Assembly (NCBI GenBank): GCA_046484865.1
Contig: JAWOID010000138.1
Span: 1 to 50,760, forward strand
DNA: 50,760 bases
From: Candidatus Krumholzibacteriia bacterium
GTDB lineage: Bacteria; Krumholzibacteriota; Krumholzibacteriia; LZORAL124-64-63
Direction of reading: 5' to 3'
Translations under genes and position numbers: made by a program
Shown here: one piece after another, positions 38,130 to 48,313 of the stretch
Layout: every line of letters begins with the position of its first letter
How positions within the stretch are numbered: position 1 is the first letter of the stretch
The notes under the pieces: generated by a model
Seen by the model: the letters and a program-made list of their open reading frames with translations, nothing else
What the model was told of the DNA's origin: nothing
Databases searched by the model: none

Positions 38130-40217
38130 TCACCGCAGCATCTTCCAGAGGTAGGCGTACGAAAGCGCCCACATGTAGGCGCGCTGGTTGTTGTTGGCGG
38201 CGCCTCCGTGGCCGCCCTCGGTGTTCTCGTAGTAGTACACCGGCTTTTTCATGCCGGTCATCTTCGCGACCATCTTGCGCGCGTGGCCGGGGTGGACGCG
38301 GTCGTCGCGGGTGGAGGTGGTGAAGAACACCTGCGGATAGTCATGGCTCCGGTCGAGGTTCTGATAGGGCGACCAGGCCTTCATGAACTCCCAGTCGTCG
38401 GTGTCGGGGTTGCCGTACTCCGCCATCCAGCTCGCCCCGGCCAGCAGCTTGTTGTAACGCTTCATGTCGAGCAGCGGCACCTGGCAGACCACGGCGTTGA
38501 ACAGCTCGGGCCGCTGCACGAACGCGGCGCCCACCAGCAGGCCGCCGTTCGAGCCGCCGGCAATACCCAGGTGTTCGGGCGACGTCACGCCGCGCGCGAT
38601 CAGGTCCTCGGCCACCGCGATGAAGTCGTCGAAAGCCTTCTGCCGGTTCTCGCGCAGGGCAGCCTGGTGCCAGCGCGGACCGAACTCGCCGCCGCCCCGG
38701 ATGTTCGCCAGGACGTAGACGCCGCCGCGCTCCACCCAGGCCTTGCCCGCGGCGGCCTGATACCTGGGCTCCATGGAGACCTCGAAACCGCCGTAGCCGT
38801 ACAGCAGCGTCGGGTTGCTGCCGTCGGCCGCGAAGCCCGCCGGCATCAGCACGAAGTAGGGGATGCGGGTGCCGTCCTTCGAGGTCGCCTCGTGCTGAGC
38901 GACGCTCATGCCCTCGGTGTCGAAGAACTCCGGGGTGGTCTTGACCTTCCGCGGCTCCTGGCCGGGCTGGACGAGATACAGGCTGGAGGGAGTGAGCAGG
39001 TCGGTGTAGGTCAGGAAGTAGGTGCCGTCGGCCTCGCTGATGCTGCCGATGCCTGCCGTGCCGATGCCGGGCAGCGCGATCTCCTCGTGCGACCAGCCGT
39101 CGCCGCTCGGCGTCAGCCGGTACAGGCGGCTGCGAACGTTGTCGAGCACGGACATGAGGACGAAATCGCTGCCGTTGCGCACCTGGTCGAGAGCGACGCG
39201 CTCCTGCGGCTCGAACAGGACCGCGAAGTCGCGGGCGCCGGCCAGGAACCGGTCGAGATCGATGGCGAGCAGCGCATCCTGGGGGTACGTGGTTCCGTCC
39301 ACGCTCCATTCCGAACGCAGCGACACGAGCATCTGGTCCATGACGATCCCGCGCAGCTGAGCGTCCTCGGGGATGTCGAGCTTCACGAGCCGGTCGTCGA
39401 GGATCAGGTAGGCGAAGCCGCGGAAGAACGCCGGCGCCCGGTAGACGATGTCGTAGCGGCCCTCGGGCGTGAACATGGTGTAAGCGCCCACGCTGACGTC
39501 GTCGAGCGAACCCTCGAACACGGTTCGCGCCTCCGCCAGCGGCGTGCCCCGCCGCCACTCCTTCACCAGCCGGGGATAGCCCGAGGTGGTGAGCGAGCCC
39601 TCGCCGAAGTCAGTGCCGATCCAGACGGTGTCCTCGTCCTTCCAGCTCACCCGCGACTTGGCGGCCGGCACGAAGAAGCCGTCCTCGACGAACGTCTTCG
39701 CCACCGTGTCGAACTCGCGGACCACGGATGCGTCGCTGCCGCCGCGCGAGAGGCTCACCAGGCCGCGGCGGTAGTCCGGCTCCAGGAGGTTGGCGCCCTT
39801 CCACACCCAGTTCTCGCCCTCGGCCTCGGCCAGGGCGTCCAGGTCGAGGACCGTCTCCCAGACCGGCTCGTCCTCGACGTACTGATCGAGGAAGGTACGC
39901 CGCCAGATGCCGCGCACGTGGTCCTCGTCCTGCCAGAAGTTGTAGAGCCAGGCGCCCTGGATGCTCACGCCGGGAATGCGGTCGCGGGAATTGTAGATCT
40001 CGAGCAGCTCGGAGTGGATCGCCTCGAACCCGGGCACCGCCTCGATCTCCGCGGTGTCCCTGGCGCTGCGCTCCTTCACCCACTTCAGCGCCTTCTCGCC
40101 TTCCACCTCCTCGAGCCAGAGGTAGGGGTCGTCGTCGACCGCGGCGGCGGCGGCAGGCAGCGGCATCACGGCCGCGAGCAGGAGAGCGGAGATCAGAACG
40201 ACCGGGGTAGCCTTCAT
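38130..40217 (-). CDS. Prolyl oligopeptidase (S9A), secreted
   Basis: Signal peptide; DPYLWLEE, LYGYGGF, NIRGGGEFG, GGSNGG (Ser), DDRVHP (Asp), GGH (His). Confidence 0.95.
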   Translation of the reverse strand: MKATPVVLISALLLAAVMPLPAAAAAVDDDPYLWLEEVEGEKALKWVKERSARDTAEIEAVPGFEAIHSELLEIYNSRDRIPGVSIQGAWLYNFWQDEDHVRGIWRRTFLDQYVEDEPVWETVLDLDALAEAEGENWVWKGANLLEPDYRRGLVSLSRGGSDASVVREFDTVAKTFVEDGFFVPAAKSRVSWKDEDTVWIGTDFGEGSLTTSGYPRLVKEWRRGTPLAEARTVFEGSLDDVSVGAYTMFTPEGRYDIVYRAPAFFRGFAYLILDDRLVKLDIPEDAQLRGIVMDQMLVSLRSEWSVDGTTYPQDALLAIDLDRFLAGARDFAVLFEPQERVALDQVRNGSDFVLMSVLDNVRSRLYRLTPSGDGWSHEEIALPGIGTAGIGSISEADGTYFLTYTDLLTPSSLYLVQPGQEPRKVKTTPEFFDTEGMSVAQHEATSKDGTRIPYFVLMPAGFAADGSNPTLLYGYGGFEVSMEPRYQAAAGKAWVERGGVYVLANIRGGGEFGPRWHQAALRENRQKAFDDFIAVAEDLIARGVTSPEHLGIAGGSNGGLLVGAAFVQRPELFNAVVCQVPLLDMKRYNKLLAGASWMAEYGNPDTDDWEFMKAWSPYQNLDRSHDYPQVFFTTSTRDDRVHPGHARKMVAKMTGMKKPVYYYENTEGGHGGAANNNQRAYMWALSYAYLWKMLR

Positions 40218-40280
40218 GCCAGCGTCCTTTCGGGGTTGCGGGGTGCGGCAATGATAACAGGCGCTCGACCGCGGTAAAGG

Positions 40281-43200
40281 CTAATGCCCGGAGCCCGTGG
40301 CGGCGGCCTGTCGTTCGTGCCTTCCCTCCACCGTGAACCGATCCATGACCGTGGCCATCACCGGGATCAGGTAGAGCGTGAACACCGCCGACACGAGCAC
40401 GCCGCCGATGGTGACCACGGCCATGGCGGTGCGGAACTCGGCGCCGGCGCCGCCGATGGCCTGGGGCAGCATGCCCACGGCGATGGCCAGGTTGGCCATG
40501 ATGATCGGGCGAAGGCGCACGGGGGCGGCCTCGAGCAGGGCCTCGCGCAGGGTGAGCCCGCGCCCGCGGAGCTGCGTGGCGTAGTCCAGCAGCAGGATCG
40601 CGTTGTTCACCACGATGCCGACCAGCATCACCACCGCCATGAGGCTGAAGATGTTGATGGTCTCGCCCGTCAGGAAGAGGCCGAACGCCGCCCCGGTGAG
40701 GCCCAGCGGCAGGGTGAGCATGATCGTGAGCGGGTGCACGAAGCTCTCGAGGATGATGGCGAGCACGATGTAGGTCAGGATGATGGCCAGGATCAGTGCC
40801 TCGAAGATCGACGCGAACGACTCGTCCTGGTGCTCGGCCGACCCGCCGTAGGCGACCACGTAGCCGGCGGGCACCTCCAGTTCGGCGAGCCCGGCGTCGA
40901 TGACCTCCCGCTTCTCGCTGAGGCTGCCCTGGGCGATGTTGGCGCTCACACGCACCAGTCGCTGCTTGTCCTTGCGCAGGATCTCGGACGCGCCCTCGCG
41001 CCGTTCCAGCTGCGCGACGTCGGCCAGCGGTACGGTGAAGCCGCCGGGCGACGGCAGCGGCAGGTCCTCCAAATAGGCGGGGTCGCGCCGAACGCTCTCG
41101 GCGTACTGCACCACCAGGTCATACTCCTCGCCCAGCTCGCGATAGACGCCCACCTCCTCGCCCTCGTAGGCGGCGCGAAGGGTGCGTCCCACCTGGGCCG
41201 GCGTGAGGCCGCGCGCCATGAGTTGCCGGCGCAGGGGCAGGACCGCGATCTCCGGCTTTCCCGCCTCCTCCGTCGTGCGCACTTCCACCAGGCCCGGCAC
41301 GTCGTTCACCACGGCGTGAACGCGTCCGGCCAGCCGCGACAGGGTGGCCGGCTCCGGACCCATGACGTTGAGGATCAGGTCCGCCTCGTTCCCGCCGCCC
41401 TCGCCGGGCGGCATGACCTGCAGGCGGGCGTCCGGGATGGCCGCGAGTCGGGGCCGGACGACATTCATGAACTCGAGGATCGTCACGTCGCGCCGCTCCG
41501 GCGGCACCAGCCGAGCGACGATCTGAGCGTCCTCCACGCCGCGTTGAGCGCCGCCGATCTTCACCAGTATCGACTCCACCTCCGGCTGCTCCTCGAGCAC
41601 GCCGGCGATGCGCTGGCTCACCTCGCGCGTGCGTTCGAGGCTCGTGCCCGCCGGCAGTTCCAGCTCCACGGCCACCAGGTTCTGGTCGATGAGGGGAATG
41701 AACTCGCCGCCGATGAAACCGAACAGGAACAGCGAGAAGGCGAACACGGCGCCCACCAGCAGCGCCGTCCGTCCGCGCCGGTGCAACGCCACGACCAGAC
41801 TGGTCCGATAGCCCTCGGCCAGGCCTTCGTAGAACCGGTCCCACGCCCGCGCGCCGCGGGCCAGGGGGTGGTCGCCGTGACCGATGCCGGCGCCCGGCCG
41901 CAGCAGACGCGCCGACAGCATGGGCACCATCGTGAAGCTGACGACCAGCGAGAAGATGGTGGCGAATACCACGGTCACGCCGAACTGCAGGAAGAAGCGG
42001 CCGATGATGCCGCTCATGAACGCGATGGGGGTGAACACGACGATGTTGGTCAGGGTGGATGCGATCACCGCCACGGCGATCTCGGCGGTTCCCTTCTCTG
42101 CGGCCACGTACGGGTCGTCGCCCTTCCGTACGTAGCGCGAAATGTTCTCGATGACGACGATGCTGTTGGTCACCAGCACCCCCACCGAGATGCCCAGGGC
42201 CAGCAGCGACATCACGTTCAGCGTGAAGCCGGCCATGTCCACCAGCAGGAAGGTGGCGATCACGGACGTGGGCATCGACAGCGCCGCCACCACCGTCTGC
42301 CGCCAGTCGTGCAGGAAGAGGAAGAGCAGGATGGAGGTGAGCAGGATGCCGATGCCGATGTTCGAGAGCACGTCGTTCACCGAGTCGCGCACGAACGTCG
42401 ACATGTCGCGCGCCACCTCGATCCGCACGTCCTCGGGCACCGTCACGACGAGTTCCCGCAACGCCTCCGTCACGCCGTCGGCCACGCTCACGGTGTTGGC
42501 GTCGGAGCGTTTCTGGACCGACAGGCTGATCACCGGCTGTCCCTGGAACGTGGAGTACTCTCGCAACTCCTCGAAGGTGTCGCGGACGTCGGCCACCTCG
42601 CTCAGGGGTATCGAGCCTCGACCGTCCGGCAGGGGCAGGCGGAACTCCTCGAACTCGGCGGGACTCACGGCCTCGGCCTGCAGGCGCAAGGTGATCTCGG
42701 CAGGGCCGCGGGTGATGCGTCCGGCGGGAACGTTGAGGTTCTGCGCCGCCACCGCCTGCACCACGTCCAGCAGACCCAGGCCGTAGGAGCGCAGCCTTTC
42801 GGGGGCCACCTCGATGCGGATCTCGCGCTGCCGCTGCCCGATGATGGCCACCTCGGCGACCCCCGACACGCGGCTTAGGCGTTCCTTGATGACGTCGTCG
42901 GCGATCCGGTACAGCTCCGCCAGCGATCGAGGGCCGCTCACCGCCAGTTCCATCACCGGGACGGCGGCGAAGTCGAACTTGGTGATGATCGGATCCTCGG
43001 CGTTGTCGGGAAGTTCGAAGCGGATCTGGTCCACCTTGTCCTTCACCTCGATGGCGTCCATATCCACGTCGGTCTCGAGCGCGAACTCGATGATGACCTG
43101 TGACATCCCCTCCATGGAGGTCGATTCGAGGTTCTCCACGTCGGCGATGGAGCTGACCGCGTCCTCGATCCTCTGGGTGATCTGACTCTCCACCTCCTCC

Positions 43201-43367
43201 GGCGCTGCGCCGGGATAGACGGTGGTCACCACCACCACCGGAAAGTCGATGCTTGGAAACAGCTCCACGGTGAGCAGCCGGTACGAACGCAGGCCCATGA
43301 TCAGGAACGCCACGAGCAGCATGGTCGTCAGCACCGGACGGCGCACGAAGACGCGAATGGGGTTCAT
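40281..43367 (-). CDS. RND efflux transporter permease (AcrB/AcrD/AcrF family)
   Basis: RRPV, FP.IDFPVV.V.T.YPGA.PEEVE, STLTNIVVF.P, GIVVNNAILLLD, RLRPI.M. 1028 aa. Confidence 0.95.
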   Translation of the reverse strand: MNPIRVFVRRPVLTTMLLVAFLIMGLRSYRLLTVELFPSIDFPVVVVTTVYPGAAPEEVESQITQRIEDAVSSIADVENLESTSMEGMSQVIIEFALETDVDMDAIEVKDKVDQIRFELPDNAEDPIITKFDFAAVPVMELAVSGPRSLAELYRIADDVIKERLSRVSGVAEVAIIGQRQREIRIEVAPERLRSYGLGLLDVVQAVAAQNLNVPAGRITRGPAEITLRLQAEAVSPAEFEEFRLPLPDGRGSIPLSEVADVRDTFEELREYSTFQGQPVISLSVQKRSDANTVSVADGVTEALRELVVTVPEDVRIEVARDMSTFVRDSVNDVLSNIGIGILLTSILLFLFLHDWRQTVVAALSMPTSVIATFLLVDMAGFTLNVMSLLALGISVGVLVTNSIVVIENISRYVRKGDDPYVAAEKGTAEIAVAVIASTLTNIVVFTPIAFMSGIIGRFFLQFGVTVVFATIFSLVVSFTMVPMLSARLLRPGAGIGHGDHPLARGARAWDRFYEGLAEGYRTSLVVALHRRGRTALLVGAVFAFSLFLFGFIGGEFIPLIDQNLVAVELELPAGTSLERTREVSQRIAGVLEEQPEVESILVKIGGAQRGVEDAQIVARLVPPERRDVTILEFMNVVRPRLAAIPDARLQVMPPGEGGGNEADLILNVMGPEPATLSRLAGRVHAVVNDVPGLVEVRTTEEAGKPEIAVLPLRRQLMARGLTPAQVGRTLRAAYEGEEVGVYRELGEEYDLVVQYAESVRRDPAYLEDLPLPSPGGFTVPLADVAQLERREGASEILRKDKQRLVRVSANIAQGSLSEKREVIDAGLAELEVPAGYVVAYGGSAEHQDESFASIFEALILAIILTYIVLAIILESFVHPLTIMLTLPLGLTGAAFGLFLTGETINIFSLMAVVMLVGIVVNNAILLLDYATQLRGRGLTLREALLEAAPVRLRPIIMANLAIAVGMLPQAIGGAGAEFRTAMAVVTIGGVLVSAVFTLYLIPVMATVMDRFTVEGRHERQAAATGSGH

Positions 43368-44611
43368 CGCGAGCTGACCTCCGCCGCGACCGATCGTGGA
43401 GCAGCCGCCGACGCGCCGGCGGCCGGTTCGGCAGCGATCGGGGGTTCGGGTGCGGCATCGGCCGGCGTCTCCGGCGCCGGGGTCTCCGGCGCCGGCGTCT
43501 CGGCTTCCAGGCCCTGTCCGCGGCGGCCGACCACGCGCACGAGATCGCCGTCCTCGAGCTGTCGTTGCCCGTACACGACCACCAGGTCGCCGGCCGCGAG
43601 CCCGCCCGTGATCTCCACCTCGTCGGTGGTCCGCAGCCCCACCTCGACCGGCTGCAGGCGCGCCGTGGCGCGATCCCCGCCCTCGCCCGCCTGCTCGCGA
43701 ATCAGGTACACCGCGGCGCCCGTGTCCGTGGCCACCAGCGCGGCCGTCGGCACCGTGATCACGTCCGTGCGCTCGGCCGTGCGCACGTCGAAGCTGACGA
43801 GCAATCCGGGCAACAGGCGCCGGTCGGGATTGGGGAAGCGGGCCTCGCCCGCCAGCAAGTGGGTCTGCGGATCGGCTGCGAGGTCGAGCTTGACGATCTC
43901 GCCCGCGCGCTCCAGATCCTGCTCCGGAAGCCGCCACACCGCCAGCTGGCCCTCCGCCAAGGCGAGCGCCTGGCGGCTGCCGGCCTCGAATCGGACACGC
44001 ACGGTGTCGACGCGCGCCACGTAGGCCAGGGGACGGCCCACCTGGGCGGTTTCCCCCTCCTTCACCCGTACGGCGGTCACCACGCCGGCGTGGCTGGCCG
44101 TCAGCTCGGTGCCGCGCCGCGCGTTGCGCAGGTCCTCGCGGGCCACCGCCAGCGCGGTCTCGGCCCTGTCCAGCGCCTGACGGCTGACGGCGCCCTCCTC
44201 GAACAGGTTCTGCATGCGCTCGTACTCGCGCTGCGCGTCCTCGAGCACCGCCAGCGATCGGGCGTAGCTGTGGTACATGGGCGTGGGGGCCTCGCGAGCC
44301 AGCCGCAGCACCACGTCGCCGGCCTGCACGCGGTCGCCCTCGCGCCGCACCACCTCCACCACCTCCATGGAGTTCTGGCTGACGATGGGCGATTGCACCA
44401 GCCCCTCGACCGTGCCCGCAAGATTGCTCCACACCTCGATGCTGCCGCGGGCGGCCGCGACCACCTCCACCGGCTTGCCCTCGCGGGCCTGGACGCTGGC
44501 GATGCTGGCCGGGTTCTCCTCCTCGCCCATGGTGAGGAAACGCACCCCGAACACCGCGACCGCGACGATCGCCACGAGGGCGACGACGGCCAGACGACGG
44601 CTGCTCTTCAT
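43364..44611 (-). CDS. RND membrane fusion protein (periplasmic adaptor)
   Basis: N-terminal TM, lipoyl-like EGDRVQAGD, coiled coil, NPDRRLLPG, VP..A, GL.AGD.VV..GQ. Confidence 0.9.
   Translation of the reverse strand: MKSSRRLAVVALVAIVAVAVFGVRFLTMGEEENPASIASVQAREGKPVEVVAAARGSIEVWSNLAGTVEGLVQSPIVSQNSMEVVEVVRREGDRVQAGDVVLRLAREAPTPMYHSYARSLAVLEDAQREYERMQNLFEEGAVSRQALDRAETALAVAREDLRNARRGTELTASHAGVVTAVRVKEGETAQVGRPLAYVARVDTVRVRFEAGSRQALALAEGQLAVWRLPEQDLERAGEIVKLDLAADPQTHLLAGEARFPNPDRRLLPGLLVSFDVRTAERTDVITVPTAALVATDTGAAVYLIREQAGEGGDRATARLQPVEVGLRTTDEVEITGGLAAGDLVVVYGQRQLEDGDLVRVVGRRGQGLEAETPAPETPAPETPADAAPEPPIAAEPAAGASAAAPRSVAAEVSSR
43461..43505 (-). repeat. In-frame 15-bp tandem repeat, 3 copies (ETPAP), in the MFP C-terminal tail
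   Basis: gccggcgtctccggc / gccggggtctccggc / gccggcgtctcggct. Confidence 0.75.
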
Positions 44612-46113
44612 CTCGGCTCTCCTTCCGGGCCGCGGCCGCCGGCCGGGTCCAGGTCACGATCGTCGGGGTCGCCCGTGAGATCGGGAGTCACGGCGGCCAG
44701 AGGCCGGCCGACCGCCAGCTCCAGTGCCGCCACGGTCAGGTTGCTGGCATGGAGCGCGGCCGCGAACTGCGCCCGTGCGGTGGTGAGCGCCAGCTCGGCG
44801 TCCAGACGCTCGAGCGGCGTCGCCAGTCCATTCTCGATCCGCACCACCGCCAGCCGATACGTCTCCTCGGCGAGTTCCACCGCCTCACGGCGTCCTTCCA
44901 GGGCAGCCTGGGCGTTCAGGACACTCAGCCACGCCTGGCGTACGGCCAGGTCGATCTCGCGGACGGCGGCCTCCAGCTGCAGTTCGGCCGTGCGCAGGTC
45001 TGCCTGGGCGCGATCGACGCGCGCGCGCGTCTGCAGCCCGTCGAAGACGGGGAAGCTGAACCCCAGCGCAACCGCACTGCTGCCCGCCACCTGCTCGTCC
45101 GGCGGCAGGGAGCCCTGGTTCCACTGCCCCTGCAGGGCGTAGTTGCCGCTGAGCTGCAGGCTCGGCCAGCGTTCGGCCCGCGCCAGCGAGACGAGCTGCC
45201 GCCGCGCGGCCACCTGACGTCGCAGGGCTTCCACCAGCGGACTCCCGGTGCGGGCGTAGGCGACGAAAGGAGCCACCGAGAGCGGCGGCGCGGCCGCTGC
45301 GAGCGAATCGGTGAGCGCCACCGGTGTCTCCGGCGGCATCCCCACTCGCCGGCGGAGCGCCGCCAGGATCTGTTCGAGTTGGTTGTTCGCCTCCACCAGG
45401 GGCAGACGGCGATTGGTCAGCTCCACCTCGGCGCGCATCAGGTCGTAGCGGCTGGCCGTCCCCTGCTCGAAGGAGGCACGGGTCACCCGCAACGCCTCCT
45501 GCGCCTGGTCGAGGCTGGCCTGGGCGATCTCCACCTGCTCCTGGGCGAGCAGGCTGCCGAGATACGCCTCCTTGACGAGGAAACGAACGTCGCTGGCCGT
45601 GGCCTCCACCCGGTGCTCGGCTGCGGCGACGCCCTCGCGGGCGGCGGCGGCGGCACTGCTGATGCGCCCGGCGGTCCAGAGGTTGAGCGTGGCGGTGGCG
45701 GCGGCTTGCACCTCGTTGTCCGCGCCGATCTGCAACTCCTGGATCTCCCCGTCCACATTGACGAAGAAGCTGGGCAGCAGCAGGTTGCGAGCATACCGCC
45801 CGGTGAGATCGAGACGCGGCAGCCGCTGCGAGCGCGCCTCGGCCACTCCCGCCGTGGCGGCGGCCACCTGCTGGCGCGCCTCCGCGAGGGCCTCGTCGCT
45901 CGCCAGCGCGCGCGTGACGGCGTCCTGCAGCGAAAGACTCACGGGCGCGGCCGCCGCCAGGTCGGGGGCGCCGAGACTCGGCGTATTGTCGCGAGAGACC
46001 GACTGGGCGGCGGCTTCCGCCAGCACGGTCGCCGCGACCGCGCCGGGCGTTGCCACGCCGCCCGCGAACACCAGGCCGAGGGCAGCGATCAGGCGTCGGA
46101 AGTCGCGCCTCAT
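44608..46113 (-). CDS. TolC family outer-membrane efflux protein
   Basis: Signal peptide; LSLQDAV.RAL, P.L.L.G.Y, S.PVFDG, Y......NG..T.LE.LDA. Confidence 0.92.
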   Translation of the reverse strand: MRRDFRRLIAALGLVFAGGVATPGAVAATVLAEAAAQSVSRDNTPSLGAPDLAAAAPVSLSLQDAVTRALASDEALAEARQQVAAATAGVAEARSQRLPRLDLTGRYARNLLLPSFFVNVDGEIQELQIGADNEVQAAATATLNLWTAGRISSAAAAAREGVAAAEHRVEATASDVRFLVKEAYLGSLLAQEQVEIAQASLDQAQEALRVTRASFEQGTASRYDLMRAEVELTNRRLPLVEANNQLEQILAALRRRVGMPPETPVALTDSLAAAAPPLSVAPFVAYARTGSPLVEALRRQVAARRQLVSLARAERWPSLQLSGNYALQGQWNQGSLPPDEQVAGSSAVALGFSFPVFDGLQTRARVDRAQADLRTAELQLEAAVREIDLAVRQAWLSVLNAQAALEGRREAVELAEETYRLAVVRIENGLATPLERLDAELALTTARAQFAAALHASNLTVAALELAVGRPLAAVTPDLTGDPDDRDLDPAGGRGPEGEPR

Positions 46114-46898
46114 GGCCGCTCCTCCTGGTCGGCCTGCCCGCCGGCCTGCTCGCCGGCCTGCCCGCCGGCCTGCCCGTCGACCTGCCCGTCGGCCTGCCCG
46201 TCGGCATCGGAAGCGCGCGCACCGTCCGGGCGGCCTCGACCCGCCCGCTCCTGCAGGGGAGCCAGGATGAGCCGGCGCACCAGATCCGGGATGGCGTCGA
46301 ACGGGTGGTCGTCGCCCCGGTTCTGCAGGACCTGCAGCAGCCGATCACCCGCGCCCACCAGCACCGCGGCCAGCAGTTCGGGATCTTCGGGCGGAAGTTC
46401 GCCGCGCTCGATCGCCTGGCGCAGGAGCGCCGACACCCGCTCGAGAGTCGACCGCATCGTGGCCTCGACGAGTCCTTCGAGGTTCATGGGGTTCTCGTTG
46501 CTGTAGATGCGCAGGAAATTGCGGTCGCGGTCGAAATGGCCGATGATGCGCTCCATCATCCGGTCCAGCCGTTCCAGGGGCGGACCGCCCTCGGCTCCGG
46601 CCTCGTCCATCTGCGCCAGCATGCTGGCGCAGTGCCGTTCCACGAGCTGGTGGTAGATGGCCTCCTTCCCCTCGAAATGCTGGTAGAGCTTGCCAATGGA
46701 GAATTCGGCCTGCTGCGCGATCTGTTGCATGCTCGTGCGCTCGTAACCCTGCCGCGCGAACAGCTCGGCGGCCGCCGCCAGGATCTCCTGCTCGTGCCGC
46801 TGGCGCTCTCGTTGCCGCCGGCCCGGCCGAACGGAGGTTCCGCCGTCGGCTCCCGTCCCGGTCGCGCCCCCGTGGGACTCGGATTCTCGGTGACCCAT
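46110..46898 (-). CDS. TetR/AcrR family transcriptional regulator
   Basis: ILAAAAELFARQGYERTSMQQIAQQAEFSIGKLYQHFEGKEAIY (TetR HTH). First gene of the efflux operon; GGGGAG RBS favours ATG 46898. Confidence 0.92.
   Translation of the reverse strand: MGHRESESHGGATGTGADGGTSVRPGRRQRERQRHEQEILAAAAELFARQGYERTSMQQIAQQAEFSIGKLYQHFEGKEAIYHQLVERHCASMLAQMDEAGAEGGPPLERLDRMMERIIGHFDRDRNFLRIYSNENPMNLEGLVEATMRSTLERVSALLRQAIERGELPPEDPELLAAVLVGAGDRLLQVLQNRGDDHPFDAIPDLVRRLILAPLQERAGRGRPDGARASDADGQADGQVDGQAGGQAGEQAGGQADQEERP
46128..46199 (-). repeat. In-frame 12-bp tandem repeat, 6 copies (GQAD/GQVD/GQAG...), in the TetR C-terminal tail
   Basis: gtcggcctgccc gccggcctgctc gccggcctgccc gccggcctgccc gtcgacctgccc gtcggcctgccc. 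Confidence 0.85.
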
Positions 46899-46942
46899 CA
46901 CCATCTCCCCTGGGGTACGGCAGGGACCGGACCCTTCCAGTT

Positions 46943-47007
46943 CTGAATTGACGATTCGTTAAGCGAATACGAATTCGGAAATCTATACCTCGGTTCTTCC
47001 CTGTCAA
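46943..47007 (-). promoter_or_regulatory. Sigma70 promoter and putative TetR operator of the efflux operon
   Basis: Minus strand TTGACA (47007-47002)-N16-TAGATT (46985-46980). Downstream palindrome ATTCG-TTAAG-CGAAT (46954-46968) with outer CTGAATT/AATTCGG arms. Confidence 0.6.
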
Positions 47008-47063
47008 GCCACGAGTTATTCCACGAAGAATGTTTCCGGCCCCGGTCCTGCAACTCGGCGGGC

Positions 47064-47357
47064 ATGGACAACCACGAACTCGACGATCCCCACTGGAGGC
47101 CGGCCCGTTGTCTGTCGCCTAGTTGCAAGTACCACTGCCCGTTGCAGCCAGGCTGGCGGTTCAAGGGTATGGGGCTCGAATCTCCGCCTCGGCCGCCCCA
47201 GGCGTATCCGCAGGTTCCGCTGCCTCCACTGCGGCGTCACCTTCAGTTCACAGAAGCGGCCCAGATCGGATTCGAGGGTCGCTGGCGGCAATTGCGGGAG
47301 GTCATGACGCGGGCGCTGAAGGTGAACCGGCGCCATGAGTTGAAGCACGCGGCGTGA
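47064..47357 (+). pseudogene. Frameshifted, internally deleted remnant of an IS1/InsA-like zinc-ribbon (transposase-related) gene
   Basis: Frame 1 gives WRPARCLSPSCKYH...WRFKGMG. The +1 frame gives RIRRFRCLHCGVTFSSQ (47215-47253 for FRC..SSQ). Together they form a Cx4C...G...RFRCxxCGxTF ribbon. Confidence 0.6.
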
Positions 47358-47470
47358 ACGGTCAGATCGACACCATGGCCAGGGCCGGAAACAATTTGCG
47401 TGGAATAACGCAAGGCGTCGATGCGGGCCCCACGGTAGAGTGTTGTCGATCCATGACGAGGGGCTTCCGC

Positions 47471-48313
47471 ATGAAAATCATGATGATCGTCTGGCTGCTG
47501 GTCGTCGTGGCGCTTCTGTACCTGGCGGCGGTCCTGCTGCTGTGGCTGACGCAGGACCGGCACGTCTACTATCCCGAGCGCCGACTTGGCGCGGACCCGG
47601 GACTCGTGGGGATCGCCTTTCGCGACGTCACCTTCGCGTCGGCAGACGGGCCGCTCTTGCACGGCTGGTGGGTGCCGGTAGCCGACGCCCGGTTCACGGT
47701 GATCTTCTGCCACGGTAATGCGGGCAACATCGCCGGGCGCCTGGAGACCGTCCGCTTGCTCCACGACCTGGGTCTCGCGCTCCTGATCTTCGATTACCGC
47801 GGCTACGGCCGCAGCGAGGGCCGTCCCAGCGAGGCCGGGCTGTACGCGGATGCGCGCGCGGCCTGGCGTCACCTGGTCGAGGAGGAGGGGGTGTCGCCCG
47901 ACCGGATCATCCTCTGGGGCAGGTCGCTGGGGGGGGCGGTGGCGGCGCGGGTGGCGTCGGAGACGGAGCCGGCGGGCCTGATGGTGGAGTCGTCGTTCAC
48001 CAGCGCCGCCGATCTGGCCAGCCGGTTCTACCCCTGGCTGCCGATCAGGCTGCTGCTGCGTGCCCGATACGACACGCTCAGCCTGGTGCCGGACATCACC
48101 TGTCCGAAGCTCTTCGTCCACAGCGTGGACGACGAGGTGGTGCCGTACGAACTGGGACGGCAACTCTTCGAGGCGGCTGCCCCCCCCAAGCAGATGGTCG
48201 ATATCCGCGGCGGCCACGGCGGCGGCTTCATGCGCTCGCTCGACGTCTACCGGCCGGCCGTGCAGCGCTTCATCGCCACGCTGACCGAGGCGCCGCAGCG
48301 GAACCGCGGCTAG
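47471..48313 (+). CDS. Membrane-anchored alpha/beta hydrolase (ABHD13/Bem46-like)
   Basis: FCHGNAGN, DYRGYGRSEGRPSE.GLY.DA, GRSLGG (Ser), HS.DDEVVP (Asp), GGH (His). Confidence 0.92.
   Translation: MKIMMIVWLLVVVALLYLAAVLLLWLTQDRHVYYPERRLGADPGLVGIAFRDVTFASADGPLLHGWWVPVADARFTVIFCHGNAGNIAGRLETVRLLHDLGLALLIFDYRGYGRSEGRPSEAGLYADARAAWRHLVEEEGVSPDRIILWGRSLGGAVAARVASETEPAGLMVESSFTSAADLASRFYPWLPIRLLLRARYDTLSLVPDITCPKLFVHSVDDEVVPYELGRQLFEAAAPPKQMVDIRGGHGGGFMRSLDVYRPAVQRFIATLTEAPQRNRG

Noticed and set aside
40281..44657. 1458-aa ORF suggesting a giant RND fusion
   Set aside because: The first ~430 codons are an off-frame read of the MFP gene. The true AcrB start is ATG 43367 (MNPIRVFVRRPV), overlapping the MFP stop.
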